Part shown: piece after piece, positions 18,435-28,615 of the stretch
Numbering within the stretch: position 1 is the first letter of the stretch
Layout: each line of letters starts with the position of its first letter
From: Nannocystales bacterium
GTDB lineage: Bacteria; Myxococcota_A; Polyangia; Nannocystales; Nannocystaceae
NCBI GenBank assembly: GCA_050633305.1
Contig: JBOEGF010000020.1
Coordinates: 96,312-160,311 of the forward strand
DNA: 64,000 nucleotides
Direction of reading: 5' to 3'
Program-made: the position numbers and the translations under genes
The notes under the pieces: generated by a model
Told to the model about the DNA's origin: nothing
What the model saw: the letters and a program-made list of their open reading frames with translations, nothing else
The model's database searches: none

Positions 18435-19343
18435 GTGATCTCCAGAACCCGTAGACGAATTGGCGTGTGCCTCGGGGCGTTGGCGGCGACCTTGCTGCTG
18501 CTTGTGCTCGCCATCGAGTCGGGCGTGTTGGTGCGCTGGATGGCAGAGCCCAGCGACTGGGTACCCGAGCCTATGCCGGACCTCGAGATGACGTGCACAG
18601 AACAGTCAGATCCCATTCCGTGGGGCCTGTGCGTCACACGAGAACCGGGCAGCTCGTCGCGAGACTTGCTGGTGCACCTTCACGGGCGGCGCGGCACCGC
18701 GCGATGGTGGAACGACAAGACCTACTACACCGCGGAGCTCTACGAGCACTGGCGCACTGCTGGTGTCGACCCGCCTACGGTCGTCAGTATTTCGTTCGGC
18801 CCTCTGTGGATGCTGACAGACAAGACCGGGGCCGCGTTCCGCGAGTCCATCCTCGCGCAGGCCCGTGCCCGAGCCGAGGCCGTCGCCGGTCACGAGTTCA
18901 GCCGCATCCGGCTCGTCGGAGAGTCGATGGGTGGGTACAACGCGCTGCTTGCTGGGCTCGATGCGGACTTGCCCTTCGACCGTGTCGCAGCCCTGTGCCC
19001 TCCGTTGACGACGACGTCCCCCTTCGGTGCAGGGCTGTTCTCGCGGTTCCGCGAGTCCTCCGTACGAGAGGGCTTCATGCTCCTCGCCTTCTCACGCGCG
19101 TTCTTCGAGGGCGACGCAGACTGGCGCCAAACCGACCCGGTTGCGCGCGTGCTTGCAGGCGAGGCGTTCGGACCGGCGCTGTTCATGTCGTGTGGGGAGC
19201 ACGACCCGTGGGGATGCTTGCAGGGCGGGCAGGCCCTGACCGATGCCATCGGTGCGCAGGGCGGGGACGTGCAATGGCGAGTGCTACCCGAAGGCCACTG
19301 CGCGATCGATACCGAGGGTCTCGCCGCGTTTCTGACCGATTGA
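18435..19343 (+). CDS. exported alpha/beta hydrolase (esterase family)
   Basis: N-terminal TM/signal, HLHG, nucleophile GESMGG, CGEHD, GH. Confidence 0.85.
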   Translation: MISRTRRRIGVCLGALAATLLLLVLAIESGVLVRWMAEPSDWVPEPMPDLEMTCTEQSDPIPWGLCVTREPGSSSRDLLVHLHGRRGTARWWNDKTYYTAELYEHWRTAGVDPPTVVSISFGPLWMLTDKTGAAFRESILAQARARAEAVAGHEFSRIRLVGESMGGYNALLAGLDADLPFDRVAALCPPLTTTSPFGAGLFSRFRESSVREGFMLLAFSRAFFEGDADWRQTDPVARVLAGEAFGPALFMSCGEHDPWGCLQGGQALTDAIGAQGGDVQWRVLPEGHCAIDTEGLAAFLTD

Positions 19344-19498
19344 TCGTCGGTCGCCACCGTATCGACGTCTCGGTTGATCGTATCGAGTAGGAGTCATGGT
19401 CATCCTTGATAGTGCCCACATGCGTTTCGCCCTTGTGGTGGCTGAGCCGCACCGCCAACCGTCTATGGGGGCCGGGTGTTTCGGCCGTCCAAGGGACC

Positions 19499-20581
19499 CT
19501 ACCCGCCGATCGAGAAGGTCGCCGCACACGTCCCGCCGAACGCAGCCATCGCGCCCTTGACGGCCTTCTTCACGCACGCCTCCACCTTGGGGGACGACGC
19601 CTTCACCTCGACGGCCTTGATCTTGCCGCCCTCGGCATTCCAACGCACCCGAACATCCTCGGGCTTGCTTGCGCACTTCATGAGCTTCTTCTTCCGCTTG
19701 GAGATGCCGGAAATGGCTCCCATGGCGCCACCGAACAAGCCACCACCACCATCACGGCGACACTGAAGGTTGGAGGCGGAGAGGCCGTCGACGGCGATGG
19801 AGCCGATGGAGACGTTGGCACCTTCGACAGGGAGGACCGAGGCGATACGGTCGCGGTCGAGGGCCGCGTCGACCTTGCCGAGGTTGTCACAGGCTTCCTG
19901 GTCGCCGCCCTTGCACCCCTGGTCGAGATAAGCGCGCGCCCGATCGACATCGGCCTTCACACCCAAGCCCTGCGCGTGGATCACCCCGAGCAAGCCGCAG
20001 CCCGAGACGGATTCGGCGGTGCAGATGACCTCGGCCATGGCCTTGGCGTTGCCGTAATCCCCGGCGGAATAGGCGGTGAGAGCACCACGGCTGCAGGCCA
20101 GGGATCGCAACACTGCATCGTCGAGGTCGGGAGTGCACGCCTTGGCGTACAGGGCACTGGCCTGGGATGGGTCGGACTCGCGACGCTTCTCGGCGGCGTT
20201 GAAACAAGAAGCCGTGACGCCGTGCTCGCACGCCTTCCCCCACAGGGTCAGGGCGAGCTCGGGGTCTTCGTCATCGACCGCGGACGCGAGCGCATCACAG
20301 GACTTCATGCCCCCTGCGTCGCAGCCGTGTTGAAAGAGGGCACGCGCGCCAGCGTCGTCGCCAGCCTTGGCCAGCGCCCGTCCCTCGTCGGCACAGTCGG
20401 CGTCGGCACGACACGGTCCCTCGGGCTCCGGGTCGACCGCTGCGACTTCCGCTGCGTCAACCGACGGGACCTCGGCGGGAGTGGGTGCCGCGGTGACGTC
20501 GGGGGCCTTGCCTGCACAACCGACCACCGCGAGCAAGAGGACAGCGACACTCGTTGGGCCTGCGGACGTGAAGAGAGCCAT
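19499..20581 (-). CDS. Sel1-like repeat lipoprotein with C-terminal AgmX/PglI-like domain
   Basis: Lipobox AVVGC, repeated A..L..KAC..G...SC, GLGVKAD...A. Confidence 0.85.
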   Translation of the reverse strand: MALFTSAGPTSVAVLLLAVVGCAGKAPDVTAAPTPAEVPSVDAAEVAAVDPEPEGPCRADADCADEGRALAKAGDDAGARALFQHGCDAGGMKSCDALASAVDDEDPELALTLWGKACEHGVTASCFNAAEKRRESDPSQASALYAKACTPDLDDAVLRSLACSRGALTAYSAGDYGNAKAMAEVICTAESVSGCGLLGVIHAQGLGVKADVDRARAYLDQGCKGGDQEACDNLGKVDAALDRDRIASVLPVEGANVSIGSIAVDGLSASNLQCRRDGGGGLFGGAMGAISGISKRKKKLMKCASKPEDVRVRWNAEGGKIKAVEVKASSPKVEACVKKAVKGAMAAFGGTCAATFSIGG

Positions 20582-20876
20582 GTACGCGAGACGAAGATGC
20601 CTGATCGGGGTTGCAGCAATTCGGGGGGGGTGTCAGATCGGCACAACGGGGTGTGGTGTTTTCGCATCACCCTCTGGCTGCAAATGCTGACGCACCAGTG
20701 AGCTTCGACCCCGGCGTCGACGGCTGACGACATCGAGGTGGTCGATGCGGTCCCCGAAGAGCGGTTCACCGAAATGAACTGGGAAATCGGAGGACGCTCG
20801 GGCCGCTCCCGCGGACCGAAGACAACGCCCCCCACGTTCTCGCCAGCCAGGCTACGTACGCCCGACAAGCCCCGAG

Positions 20877-21578
20877 TCACTTCCAGTAGTGGCGATCGAT
20901 CGCCTCTCGCAGCTGTTGGGGGTCGATGTCTGGACCCGCGGTGAGCCGTTGCACCTGCCCATCTGGCATGCGCAGCGAAAAGCTCAGCGGGCGCCCTTCG
21001 GACTGCGCGTCACTGACGTCAGACACCTCGTAGTCGCCCGCCAAAATGGAGACCGAACACCCAAGCCAGTCCGTGGAGTAGTGGGCGGTCCTGACCCCGT
21101 TGGCCTCGGGCGCGGTTTCGGTGCGCTCGAATATCGGCGAGATCGACTTTGCGGTCACGGTCTCCAAGACCCGAAACCCGTTCTCGGTCCAGACGACCGG
21201 GGTGCTGACCGCGGTGTCACAACCGTGCAAGGTTGAACGTTCGATCGTGCCCGACGCCTCCTTCACGTAGCGATACCGGGAGTGCACCCGGTTTGCGGTG
21301 AACGTCAGGAAGGAGTCCGTCGCGACAATGTCGCTGTCCGAAGGGGGGTCTGGCCGCTTGTACACACCGTCTACTCGTGGGCGCACCGCGGGCTGAACGT
21401 CGGGCTGGGCTGCCATCCCAGCGTCGAGCTTGGCTTGGAGCTCAGCCACGCGCTGCTCCAGAGTCTCAATGCGAGCATCGGCTTCCGGTGTGGAGGTCGG
21501 TGACGTGGGAGACGCCGAACCCGTCCGACAGCCAACCGCCGCGAAAACCAGCACCATGAACCAAGCCCGACCTCGCAT
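20877..21578 (-). CDS. hypothetical lipoprotein
   Basis: MRGRAWFMVLVFAAVGC lipobox, short coiled coil, beta-rich C-terminus. Confidence 0.75.
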   Translation of the reverse strand: MRGRAWFMVLVFAAVGCRTGSASPTSPTSTPEADARIETLEQRVAELQAKLDAGMAAQPDVQPAVRPRVDGVYKRPDPPSDSDIVATDSFLTFTANRVHSRYRYVKEASGTIERSTLHGCDTAVSTPVVWTENGFRVLETVTAKSISPIFERTETAPEANGVRTAHYSTDWLGCSVSILAGDYEVSDVSDAQSEGRPLSFSLRMPDGQVQRLTAGPDIDPQQLREAIDRHYWK

Positions 21579-21937
21579 CTCAAGCCTAGACGCGACCGGG
21601 CTGGTCCGAATGCAGGCCCAGCAATGATTCTCCAGGTGGGTCCGCTCACTTCCCAAATTGGGTAGTTTGCGGAGCTGGCACATCGGGTCCATCGCTCGCT
21701 CGGCTCGAGCGTGTCGAGCTGCCGACATCTCCGTCGATGTGGTGTCGACCGCGGCGACAGCGCAGCTGGCCAGCGACCTGAGAAGGAGCGGAGGCGGAGC
21801 GGCGTGCGTCGGGAACCACGTGGAAAAGACCGTTCGTCGCGCATCACCAGGTAAGAAACCTAGCGGCCGCGCATCCAACGAGAGCGAGGAGGAGAAGGGC
21901 TCCGGCCTTCGCACCACTCGAGTTCAGAAGCGCAGTC

Positions 21938-23284
21938 ATGGCCACTCCATACGACATCATCATCATCGGCGGCGGAAACGCTGGTTTCGCAGTTTCGAAG
22001 ATCGCCCACGCGGAAGGAAAGCGTCTGGCCTTCATCGAAGAGCGCGACTTCGGAGGCACCTGCCCGAACCGTGGGTGCACGCCCAAGAAGGTCTTGGTCG
22101 CGGCAGCCCACGTCCTCGACGAGATTGCTCGCGCATCCGTCCACGCGATCGAAGTGGAAAAACCGAAGCTCGATTGGCCTCAGCTGATCGCCCGTGCACA
22201 GGACATGATCTCGTTCATTCCCGATGCCATGGCATCGACCGCAGGCAAGCGCGCAGATGTCTACCGGGGGCGCGCTCGTTTTGTCGATCCCCACACGGTC
22301 GAAGTCGGCGGCGTCGAGCTTCGCGGCGAGCACATCGTGATCGCCACCGGTTCACGTCCGCGACCGCTGGCGTTCGAAGGCGCGGAGCATCTGGTGACCT
22401 CGGAAGTCGTCCTGAGTGACCCCGAGCTCCCCGATGAGGTTCTCTTTGTTGGAGGTGGTGTCATTGCGATGGAGTTCGCGCACGTCCTCCAACGCGCGGG
22501 GAGTGAGGTCACGATTCTCGAAGTCATGCCCCGCTTGCTCTCGCGCTTGGACGAAGACGCCGTGGCCGCGCTTCGAACCGAGACCGAGTCGTTGGGGACT
22601 CAGATTCACACGGGCATCCAAGTGGTGCGGATCGAGCCTGAGAACGGCCGTCTGCGCGTGCACTACACGCTGGCGGGGGAAGCTCAGTCCAAGCTGGTCG
22701 ACCGTGTCGTCAATGGTGCAGGACGGGTGGCAAACGTCGATGGTCTGAACCTGGAGGCGGCTGCTGTGGAACACGACCGAGGCCGGATCACGGTGGACGC
22801 CTACCTTCGCTCGAAGAGTCAGCCTCATATCTGGGTGGCCGGCGACGCCTTGGCCAACTCGGCACAGCTCTCCCCGCTGGCGGGGTACGAAGGGAGCATC
22901 GTTGGGCACAACATCGTGCATGGCCCGGAGAAGACACCCGACTACCGCACGGTCCCGAGTGTCGTCCACACGGTGCCAGCACTGGCGAGCGTCGGGTTGT
23001 CAGAAGCCCAAGCAATCGAGGCGGGGAAGAACGTTCGAGTCACGAAGAACGACATGGCGACATGGTTCTCTGGGAGGTCGTACGCAGAGACGACAGCCTT
23101 CGCCAAGGTTCTGATCGACAAGGAGACCGACCTCATCCTGGGTGCCCAGATGGTCGGGCACCGGGGCGAGGAGCTCATTCACGTTTTCGCCTTGGCCATG
23201 GCGCACGGGATCACGGCCTCAAACCTGGCGGCCAGCCACTTCGCCTTCCCAACGTTCTCGAGCGACATCAAGAACCTGCTGTGA
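21938..23284 (+). CDS. pyridine nucleotide-disulfide oxidoreductase (glutathione reductase/dihydrolipoamide dehydrogenase family)
   Basis: IIGGGNAG, GGTCPNRGCTPKK redox pair, ATGS, GGGVIAME, AGD, FPT tail. Confidence 0.93.
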   Translation: MATPYDIIIIGGGNAGFAVSKIAHAEGKRLAFIEERDFGGTCPNRGCTPKKVLVAAAHVLDEIARASVHAIEVEKPKLDWPQLIARAQDMISFIPDAMASTAGKRADVYRGRARFVDPHTVEVGGVELRGEHIVIATGSRPRPLAFEGAEHLVTSEVVLSDPELPDEVLFVGGGVIAMEFAHVLQRAGSEVTILEVMPRLLSRLDEDAVAALRTETESLGTQIHTGIQVVRIEPENGRLRVHYTLAGEAQSKLVDRVVNGAGRVANVDGLNLEAAAVEHDRGRITVDAYLRSKSQPHIWVAGDALANSAQLSPLAGYEGSIVGHNIVHGPEKTPDYRTVPSVVHTVPALASVGLSEAQAIEAGKNVRVTKNDMATWFSGRSYAETTAFAKVLIDKETDLILGAQMVGHRGEELIHVFALAMAHGITASNLAASHFAFPTFSSDIKNLL

Positions 23285-23469
23285 ACAACCCGAGAGTGCC
23301 GCGCAGTGCTGCCCCTCGCCCACGACGGGACTCCGGGCTCACAGGCTTCGAAGTCCGGCGCTGAGCGGTCGCCGCTGGCGACTGGCCGAAAAAGAACCGG
23401 CCACGCCCTGAGGACTGCGTACCGATCTGCGGTCCCCAGGGTCCACCCCCTTGATCGGGAGCGACAGGC

Positions 23470-24960
23470 TCAGGGGTGGCGCTCGATTGGCAAGCAACCC
23501 GGCACACTGAAGCGCCCCGTAATCTCGAGATCCGACACCGCCCCACGACCCGTGCCCCACACCCCCGCAGCGTTCAGCGGATCAGTCGGATCGAGTCGCG
23601 CGTACACGAACTGCGGGATCGGAAACAGCTGGTTGTGCTCGGGGACCGTGGGGTCGGCGGCCAACTCGAACAGCAAGGTGATCCACGCCTGACCTGTCGT
23701 GAACGGAGCCGCGGGACCGCAGCCGTAGTCGACGACGATTGTGCCATCGGTGGACACACGACTCTCGGACTCCCCCTGCTGCGCGATCGCGGGGAGCGTG
23801 GCGCGGAGCAGGTTGCCCTGCGGGTCGAACTCGATCGTCGCGCGAGAGCCATCCGCGCCGTCGTATTGCATTCGCGAGGGCGTACCTTCGTGCCGCGAAG
23901 ACCACGCGATCGTCCACACGTCGACTCCCGCTGGGCGCTCACGGTGCTCCTTCACCACACGCCCCTTCGCGTCGCGCTCGTATCGCCACGTTGACGTCGC
24001 ACCGCACGTGGGCAGCTGTGCTTCGAGCGGTAGGCCATCGTTGCCCCAACGGACTTGCGCAACAGTCTCGGCCCCGAGCGTCGCCTGGGTCCACCGCGGC
24101 GATCCCTCGAATACGAGTGGGTCCAACTCGGGCAGATCGACGAAGCTCACGGTCGCGGTCGTCGACTCGGCCAGGTCGACCAGGCACTCATACTTGGTCT
24201 CCTCGAAATCGGGCCCCTGCGCGAAGACTGTTCCGCCACTTCTCACCTCGCTGCATTCCTCGTCCCCCATGACAGGCTCGCCATCCAGGTCGAAACGCTC
24301 GGCCGGTACACCCTCGAGAAAACACCACGCGCACCCGGGGTACCCGTAGCGGACGGACTTGGATGAACGAGCTGCAACCTGGTACGTACCGCGGGCCGGA
24401 TTCGACTCCCAGCGGTTCGTGAAGCACCGCTGCGCATGATCCAATCCGATGCCGCTTGCGCGGTACGTCAGCGCCTCTTCGCCGCCGTACCAGCGCTCCC
24501 ACCCTTCGAAATCTCTAGCGTCTAAGGGCATGCCTCCGACCTCCCCAGAGGAGCACAGATCGGGCAACCCGCCGAACGAATCATCGAGTCCACCAGACCA
24601 CTCGAGTCTGTGCTCGCGAACTTGCGAGGCGTCGGTCGTCCAAGACTCTCTCCAACGCTCGTTTCCAACCTTCGCCTCCGCCGCATCGCCAAACGTGGAC
24701 GCGCTCACCAGGCGGCCCAACGCCCCCCTCTCGTACGTACGAAACGTGTACGTCTGCCCCGTTCCATCGGCGGTCTGCAGCGCGCACGCCCCCAGGTGCC
24801 GAGACGGTTTGGGTGTCGGTTCGCGGACGTCTCGGCTTGTCGCAGTCTCTGGTGATTCCGCCGCATCGGGTGCCGACGCACCACCTCCGCGGCACGAGGC
24901 AGTCGCGAACATGAGCGTCGCAATCCCGATCGCATGCAGAGTTCGCCGAGCGATGACCAC
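23470..24960 (-). CDS. hypothetical lipoprotein with YD/RHS-like strands
   Basis: Lipobox FATASC; YERGALGRLV, YERDAKGRVV, FDPQGNLL; start approximate. Confidence 0.7.
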   Translation of the reverse strand: MVIARRTLHAIGIATLMFATASCRGGGASAPDAAESPETATSRDVREPTPKPSRHLGACALQTADGTGQTYTFRTYERGALGRLVSASTFGDAAEAKVGNERWRESWTTDASQVREHRLEWSGGLDDSFGGLPDLCSSGEVGGMPLDARDFEGWERWYGGEEALTYRASGIGLDHAQRCFTNRWESNPARGTYQVAARSSKSVRYGYPGCAWCFLEGVPAERFDLDGEPVMGDEECSEVRSGGTVFAQGPDFEETKYECLVDLAESTTATVSFVDLPELDPLVFEGSPRWTQATLGAETVAQVRWGNDGLPLEAQLPTCGATSTWRYERDAKGRVVKEHRERPAGVDVWTIAWSSRHEGTPSRMQYDGADGSRATIEFDPQGNLLRATLPAIAQQGESESRVSTDGTIVVDYGCGPAAPFTTGQAWITLLFELAADPTVPEHNQLFPIPQFVYARLDPTDPLNAAGVWGTGRGAVSDLEITGRFSVPGCLPIERHP

Positions 24961-25019
24961 GCCCCTTCGAGCGGCCCCCTGTCCTGTGGACACCCACCTC
25001 GCACAGCCTCGCAGGACTG

Positions 25020-27242
25020 CTACGTCACCTTGCCATCGAACACGAGCCACTGCGCCGCTCCTTTCTCCCACGTGTACGTGGGCTCCAAAAAATGGAGCGC
25101 GAACAGCGAGTCGCGTCGTCGTCGCTCCACCAGGCCGTCGACACGCCCTTCCCAAGGCCTTGGCAATCGCGTGCCCGTCGCCGTCTTCACCGCTCCTTCG
25201 AACTTCAAGGCGATCTCCATCGCCGAGGTCCCTTCGGCGCTCGGGGCCGAGTGCGAAGCGGCGACCGTCAGCGTTCCCGACGTCTTCCCGGTCTTTTTCG
25301 CGGCGCTCTGATTCTTCGCGACGAGTGTGGTCGCGCCCGCGGCGGAGACTTCTACGCTGTAGCGAAAGCCGAGCAAGCTGCTCTTCTTGGCTTTCTTGTT
25401 CTTCTTTGGTGGGAACGGCACAGTCTTGCCCGAAACGCCTCCCTCGAAGACAAGCTTCACGGTGGCCTGGTTATCCCCCTCGCCAACAGTCACACTGCGT
25501 TCAATCGATGTTCCCGCGAGCGTGCCGTCGAGTTCGGCCTGCGTGAAGCTCTCCGAGCCCTGCCCGACTTGCCCGGAGTCCGCGCCCTCTCGCTTGACGG
25601 AGAACGACACGACGAGCGAGGTGAGAGCTGCACGCTTGGCTTGGGTGGCCGCGACGTCTTCCTCGCGAAAACACTCATACTGGAGCTTCTTGATCCCCGC
25701 GGGGTCGTTGACGATGAAGCGTGTCACGCCGCCGGTCTTGCGATATCCGACGACGAGGACATAGTGCCCGCCAGGGTCCTTGCCTTCGAGCAGATAACGG
25801 CCGCTCTTGACGTGGGCGATCGCCGGCAGACCCTTGTCGAGGTGCTTCTTCAGTTTTGCCTCCCAGGTGGTCGTCGAGCTGCTCATGTCCAGCGACGTGA
25901 CCCGAAGTTTGAGCGCTTTCCTCAGCGCGCCTTTATACGGAGGCTCCACGCGAAAGGACTCCTTGGAGGCGAAGTCGCCGACGGGAAGTGGGTGTTTCAT
26001 GCGGTACGCAAGAACCGGCGTGCCGTCAGGATGCACGGCGTCGAGCGTCTCGGTCCCTCCCCCCTTCTTCTTGGCCACCCACGTACTCGGCGCGCCTTCG
26101 ACGGTGTCGTCCGCGTCCGCGGGGTTGGTCGTGCTGTCTTCTGTTTCTTTTCGCCGCACCCACCACACCAGCCTGGGCACCCACCAGTGCTTGGGGATCG
26201 TTGCTCTCGTCGTCCGACTGGCCTGCACCGCATCAGCATCCGCCCCCGTCACATCGGAAAACGACGTGCCAGCGACAAACTTGGGAGCCTCCTTCCACGT
26301 GCCTTTGTGCTCTTCGAACAATGCCTTGGAGGTGCTGTTGATCTCCGCCGGCGTCATCGAAAACCGTTTGTACGACTTCGCCTTCTTGTCGGCCTTGAGA
26401 AACGGCTTGAAGGCACCGTCAAGCTCGGGCTCAACGAACTCGTCGAAGAGCGAGATCCAGGTTTTCTCGGCCGGCGGTAGGTCCTTTTCGCTCTCGGCCA
26501 CCGACGGGTCGGGCCGGCGGATGTATCGCAGCGCCATGGTCAGCACCACGTAGTTGCAACCGATATCGCAAATCGTCTTGGCGATCGGGTCGCCGATCTT
26601 GCTCGTCCCCACCAGAACCTGTCCCCAGCCGCGGTCCGAGGTGCCGTTGTTGCCGCCGTGAAAGAACTTCAGCACCATCCGGCCCATCGCGGCATTTTTT
26701 AGAGATGCGTCGCATTGATTGAGCGGCTCGACCGCAAGCAGCACGTCAGTCCGACGTCGGACCAAATGCACGTCGGTCGTCGCCAGCAGCGCGCCGTCGG
26801 GGGAGGTCGCGTCGAAGAGCTTCGCGTAGAGTTCGTAGAACGCGCCGTCGGATGCTCCATCTACAGGTTCATCACCACCTGTATGCGGGACGCCGCATGC
26901 AAACGTCTTTGTGCTTCCCTCGAAGGTGATGACGACGTGGTCGCTGCCGCCACTCTTGCCCAGGACGGAGGTGCCCGATTCGGGGACGAACAGACTGCCG
27001 CCCCCCGGCCGCTCCGTGAGCGTGCCTTCGAACTCGATGATGAGGTCGTCCTTTTTGTCCTCGGTCCGTTTTTTGAGTTTGTCGTTGTAGTCGTCAACTT
27101 CGTGTTTCTTCGCGTCCGACTCGTAGACTTCAATGCGAACGCGCGCAGGCGGATTTTTGGAGCGCTGGATCGACAGTTCCAGCGGCTCGGCCACCATCAC
27201 CGTCTTGGGCGCTCTCCAGCTCAGCTTCCACCCCTTCGCCAC
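25020..27242 (-). CDS. large protein with a split papain-fold C39-like peptidase domain; putative effector
   Basis: DRGWG...TICDIGCNYVVLTMALRY (Cys), then a long insert, then GHYVLVVGY...FIVNDP (His, Asp); no signal peptide; start overlaps upstream TAG. Confidence 0.75.
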   Translation of the reverse strand: MAKGWKLSWRAPKTVMVAEPLELSIQRSKNPPARVRIEVYESDAKKHEVDDYNDKLKKRTEDKKDDLIIEFEGTLTERPGGGSLFVPESGTSVLGKSGGSDHVVITFEGSTKTFACGVPHTGGDEPVDGASDGAFYELYAKLFDATSPDGALLATTDVHLVRRRTDVLLAVEPLNQCDASLKNAAMGRMVLKFFHGGNNGTSDRGWGQVLVGTSKIGDPIAKTICDIGCNYVVLTMALRYIRRPDPSVAESEKDLPPAEKTWISLFDEFVEPELDGAFKPFLKADKKAKSYKRFSMTPAEINSTSKALFEEHKGTWKEAPKFVAGTSFSDVTGADADAVQASRTTRATIPKHWWVPRLVWWVRRKETEDSTTNPADADDTVEGAPSTWVAKKKGGGTETLDAVHPDGTPVLAYRMKHPLPVGDFASKESFRVEPPYKGALRKALKLRVTSLDMSSSTTTWEAKLKKHLDKGLPAIAHVKSGRYLLEGKDPGGHYVLVVGYRKTGGVTRFIVNDPAGIKKLQYECFREEDVAATQAKRAALTSLVVSFSVKREGADSGQVGQGSESFTQAELDGTLAGTSIERSVTVGEGDNQATVKLVFEGGVSGKTVPFPPKKNKKAKKSSLLGFRYSVEVSAAGATTLVAKNQSAAKKTGKTSGTLTVAASHSAPSAEGTSAMEIALKFEGAVKTATGTRLPRPWEGRVDGLVERRRRDSLFALHFLEPTYTWEKGAAQWLVFDGKVT

Positions 27243-28615
27243 TAGTCTTCCTCCTCGACGTCGTCATCGTCGTCGTCGTCCACGACAAACTCCTCGTCGA
27301 AGTCCTCGTCGAGCTGATGTTCGACGAAGTCGCCCTCTCCCGCGTTGAGCACCACCCACGGGTCGGCATACTCGATCGACGGCCCGGGCGGCTCGTCTTC
27401 CCCATGCCCATGCAGACGGTGCACGTCGGGCGTAGTGCTGGGCTCGAGTGGTTTGGTCAAGTGTGCGCCCGCCACGGTGAACGCGCCCTCGCACATCACC
27501 AAATACTCCCCAACCGACAGCTCGGCCTCCCGAAGGCGGCCGTCAGCATCGGTCGTTCCCACCCGCACGTGTCGACGCTCGGGTAGCGGTCCACGGATCT
27601 CGTACGCCTTGGATGCGAGACGCGCTGCGATCCAGTGGTCGCGCAGCTCCAAGAACAACTCGAAGTCGGCGAGACCCGAGGGGTCTCCGAGGGCGCCCAC
27701 AGGCATGTACTCGGGCTTGAAGGCGTTCTTTCCATAGATCGCAAGGCCCGGCGCGTCCCCTCCGACGTCATCGGGGATCTCTTCGGGATCGAAGAACAAG
27801 ACATCGACCCTGCGGTTGTCCTCGCTCGCGTGGTCGTCCACGCCGATCGCCTCGACGGGCCACGCCTCACCGCAACCGATGGCGGGAGGTTCGAGGGAAG
27901 ACAGGTCGCCGCGCGGGCCCGCGACTTCCTCCACACGCACCCGCAAGATCGAGGCGAGGTGCCGATCGTACAGGTCGAAAATCGCCTTCCAGTCGCCCTC
28001 GTTCTGCTCGACGTCGTGCCCCAGCGTGACCCCCAGCTCCTCTTCGCACTTGCGGCGAAACTCATCGCGGGCGGTCTTGGTGTGGCCGTTCCACGATTCG
28101 TCGAGCGGACCCGGATCGGTGTCCCAGCCGTGCAGCAGATGCGCCCACAGGTGCACGCGCTTGAAATCTGCGCGTACGAAGTGCGCGTCGGCGTGCGCCG
28201 CCCAACCTTCGCGATCACCTTGCAGATAGAGCAGGACGTTGGTGGCCCGGTCCTGCGAAAGCTCCAGGTTGTGCGCGGTGGAACCGACCGAGTCCGTATG
28301 GCCTGCGATGAGCAGCGACCGTTGCGGGTGGGCCCTCGCGTACGCAAGGGTCGCTGCGATGACGGCGAGCCCGTCTCGCTGCCCTCGGAGGTCTGGACGC
28401 TGTTGTGCGTCGGCGGCATCATCCGGGGGCGTGGGCAACGTCGGCAGCAACAGGCAACGGTCGGTCCCGAAGCAGACGTCTTCCATCTGCAGGATGCGCG
28501 CACGGGGGCGCTCCAAGACCAGGCGATAGGGCTGCCCGAGATTGACGCGTACCTGATGTGCCACTCCATCGAGCCCCAACCGCGTGCGCAGTTCGATGCG
28601 ATCGTCGTCGCTCAT
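27242..28615 (-). CDS. OmpA-like domain protein with internal insertion and acidic tail
   Basis: IAGHTDSVGS..HNLELSQDRA ... GCGE.WP ... NRRVDVLFF; ATGA coupling to upstream gene; no signal peptide. Confidence 0.85.
   Translation of the reverse strand: MSDDDRIELRTRLGLDGVAHQVRVNLGQPYRLVLERPRARILQMEDVCFGTDRCLLLPTLPTPPDDAADAQQRPDLRGQRDGLAVIAATLAYARAHPQRSLLIAGHTDSVGSTAHNLELSQDRATNVLLYLQGDREGWAAHADAHFVRADFKRVHLWAHLLHGWDTDPGPLDESWNGHTKTARDEFRRKCEEELGVTLGHDVEQNEGDWKAIFDLYDRHLASILRVRVEEVAGPRGDLSSLEPPAIGCGEAWPVEAIGVDDHASEDNRRVDVLFFDPEEIPDDVGGDAPGLAIYGKNAFKPEYMPVGALGDPSGLADFELFLELRDHWIAARLASKAYEIRGPLPERRHVRVGTTDADGRLREAELSVGEYLVMCEGAFTVAGAHLTKPLEPSTTPDVHRLHGHGEDEPPGPSIEYADPWVVLNAGEGDFVEHQLDEDFDEEFVVDDDDDDDVEEED

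Noticed and set aside
23330..23460. Hairpin TGGCCG-AAAAAGAAC-CGGCCA and flanks as a terminator or a sixth IS91-type end
   Set aside because: No U-tract after the stem, and similarity to relics A-E is not alignable by eye.
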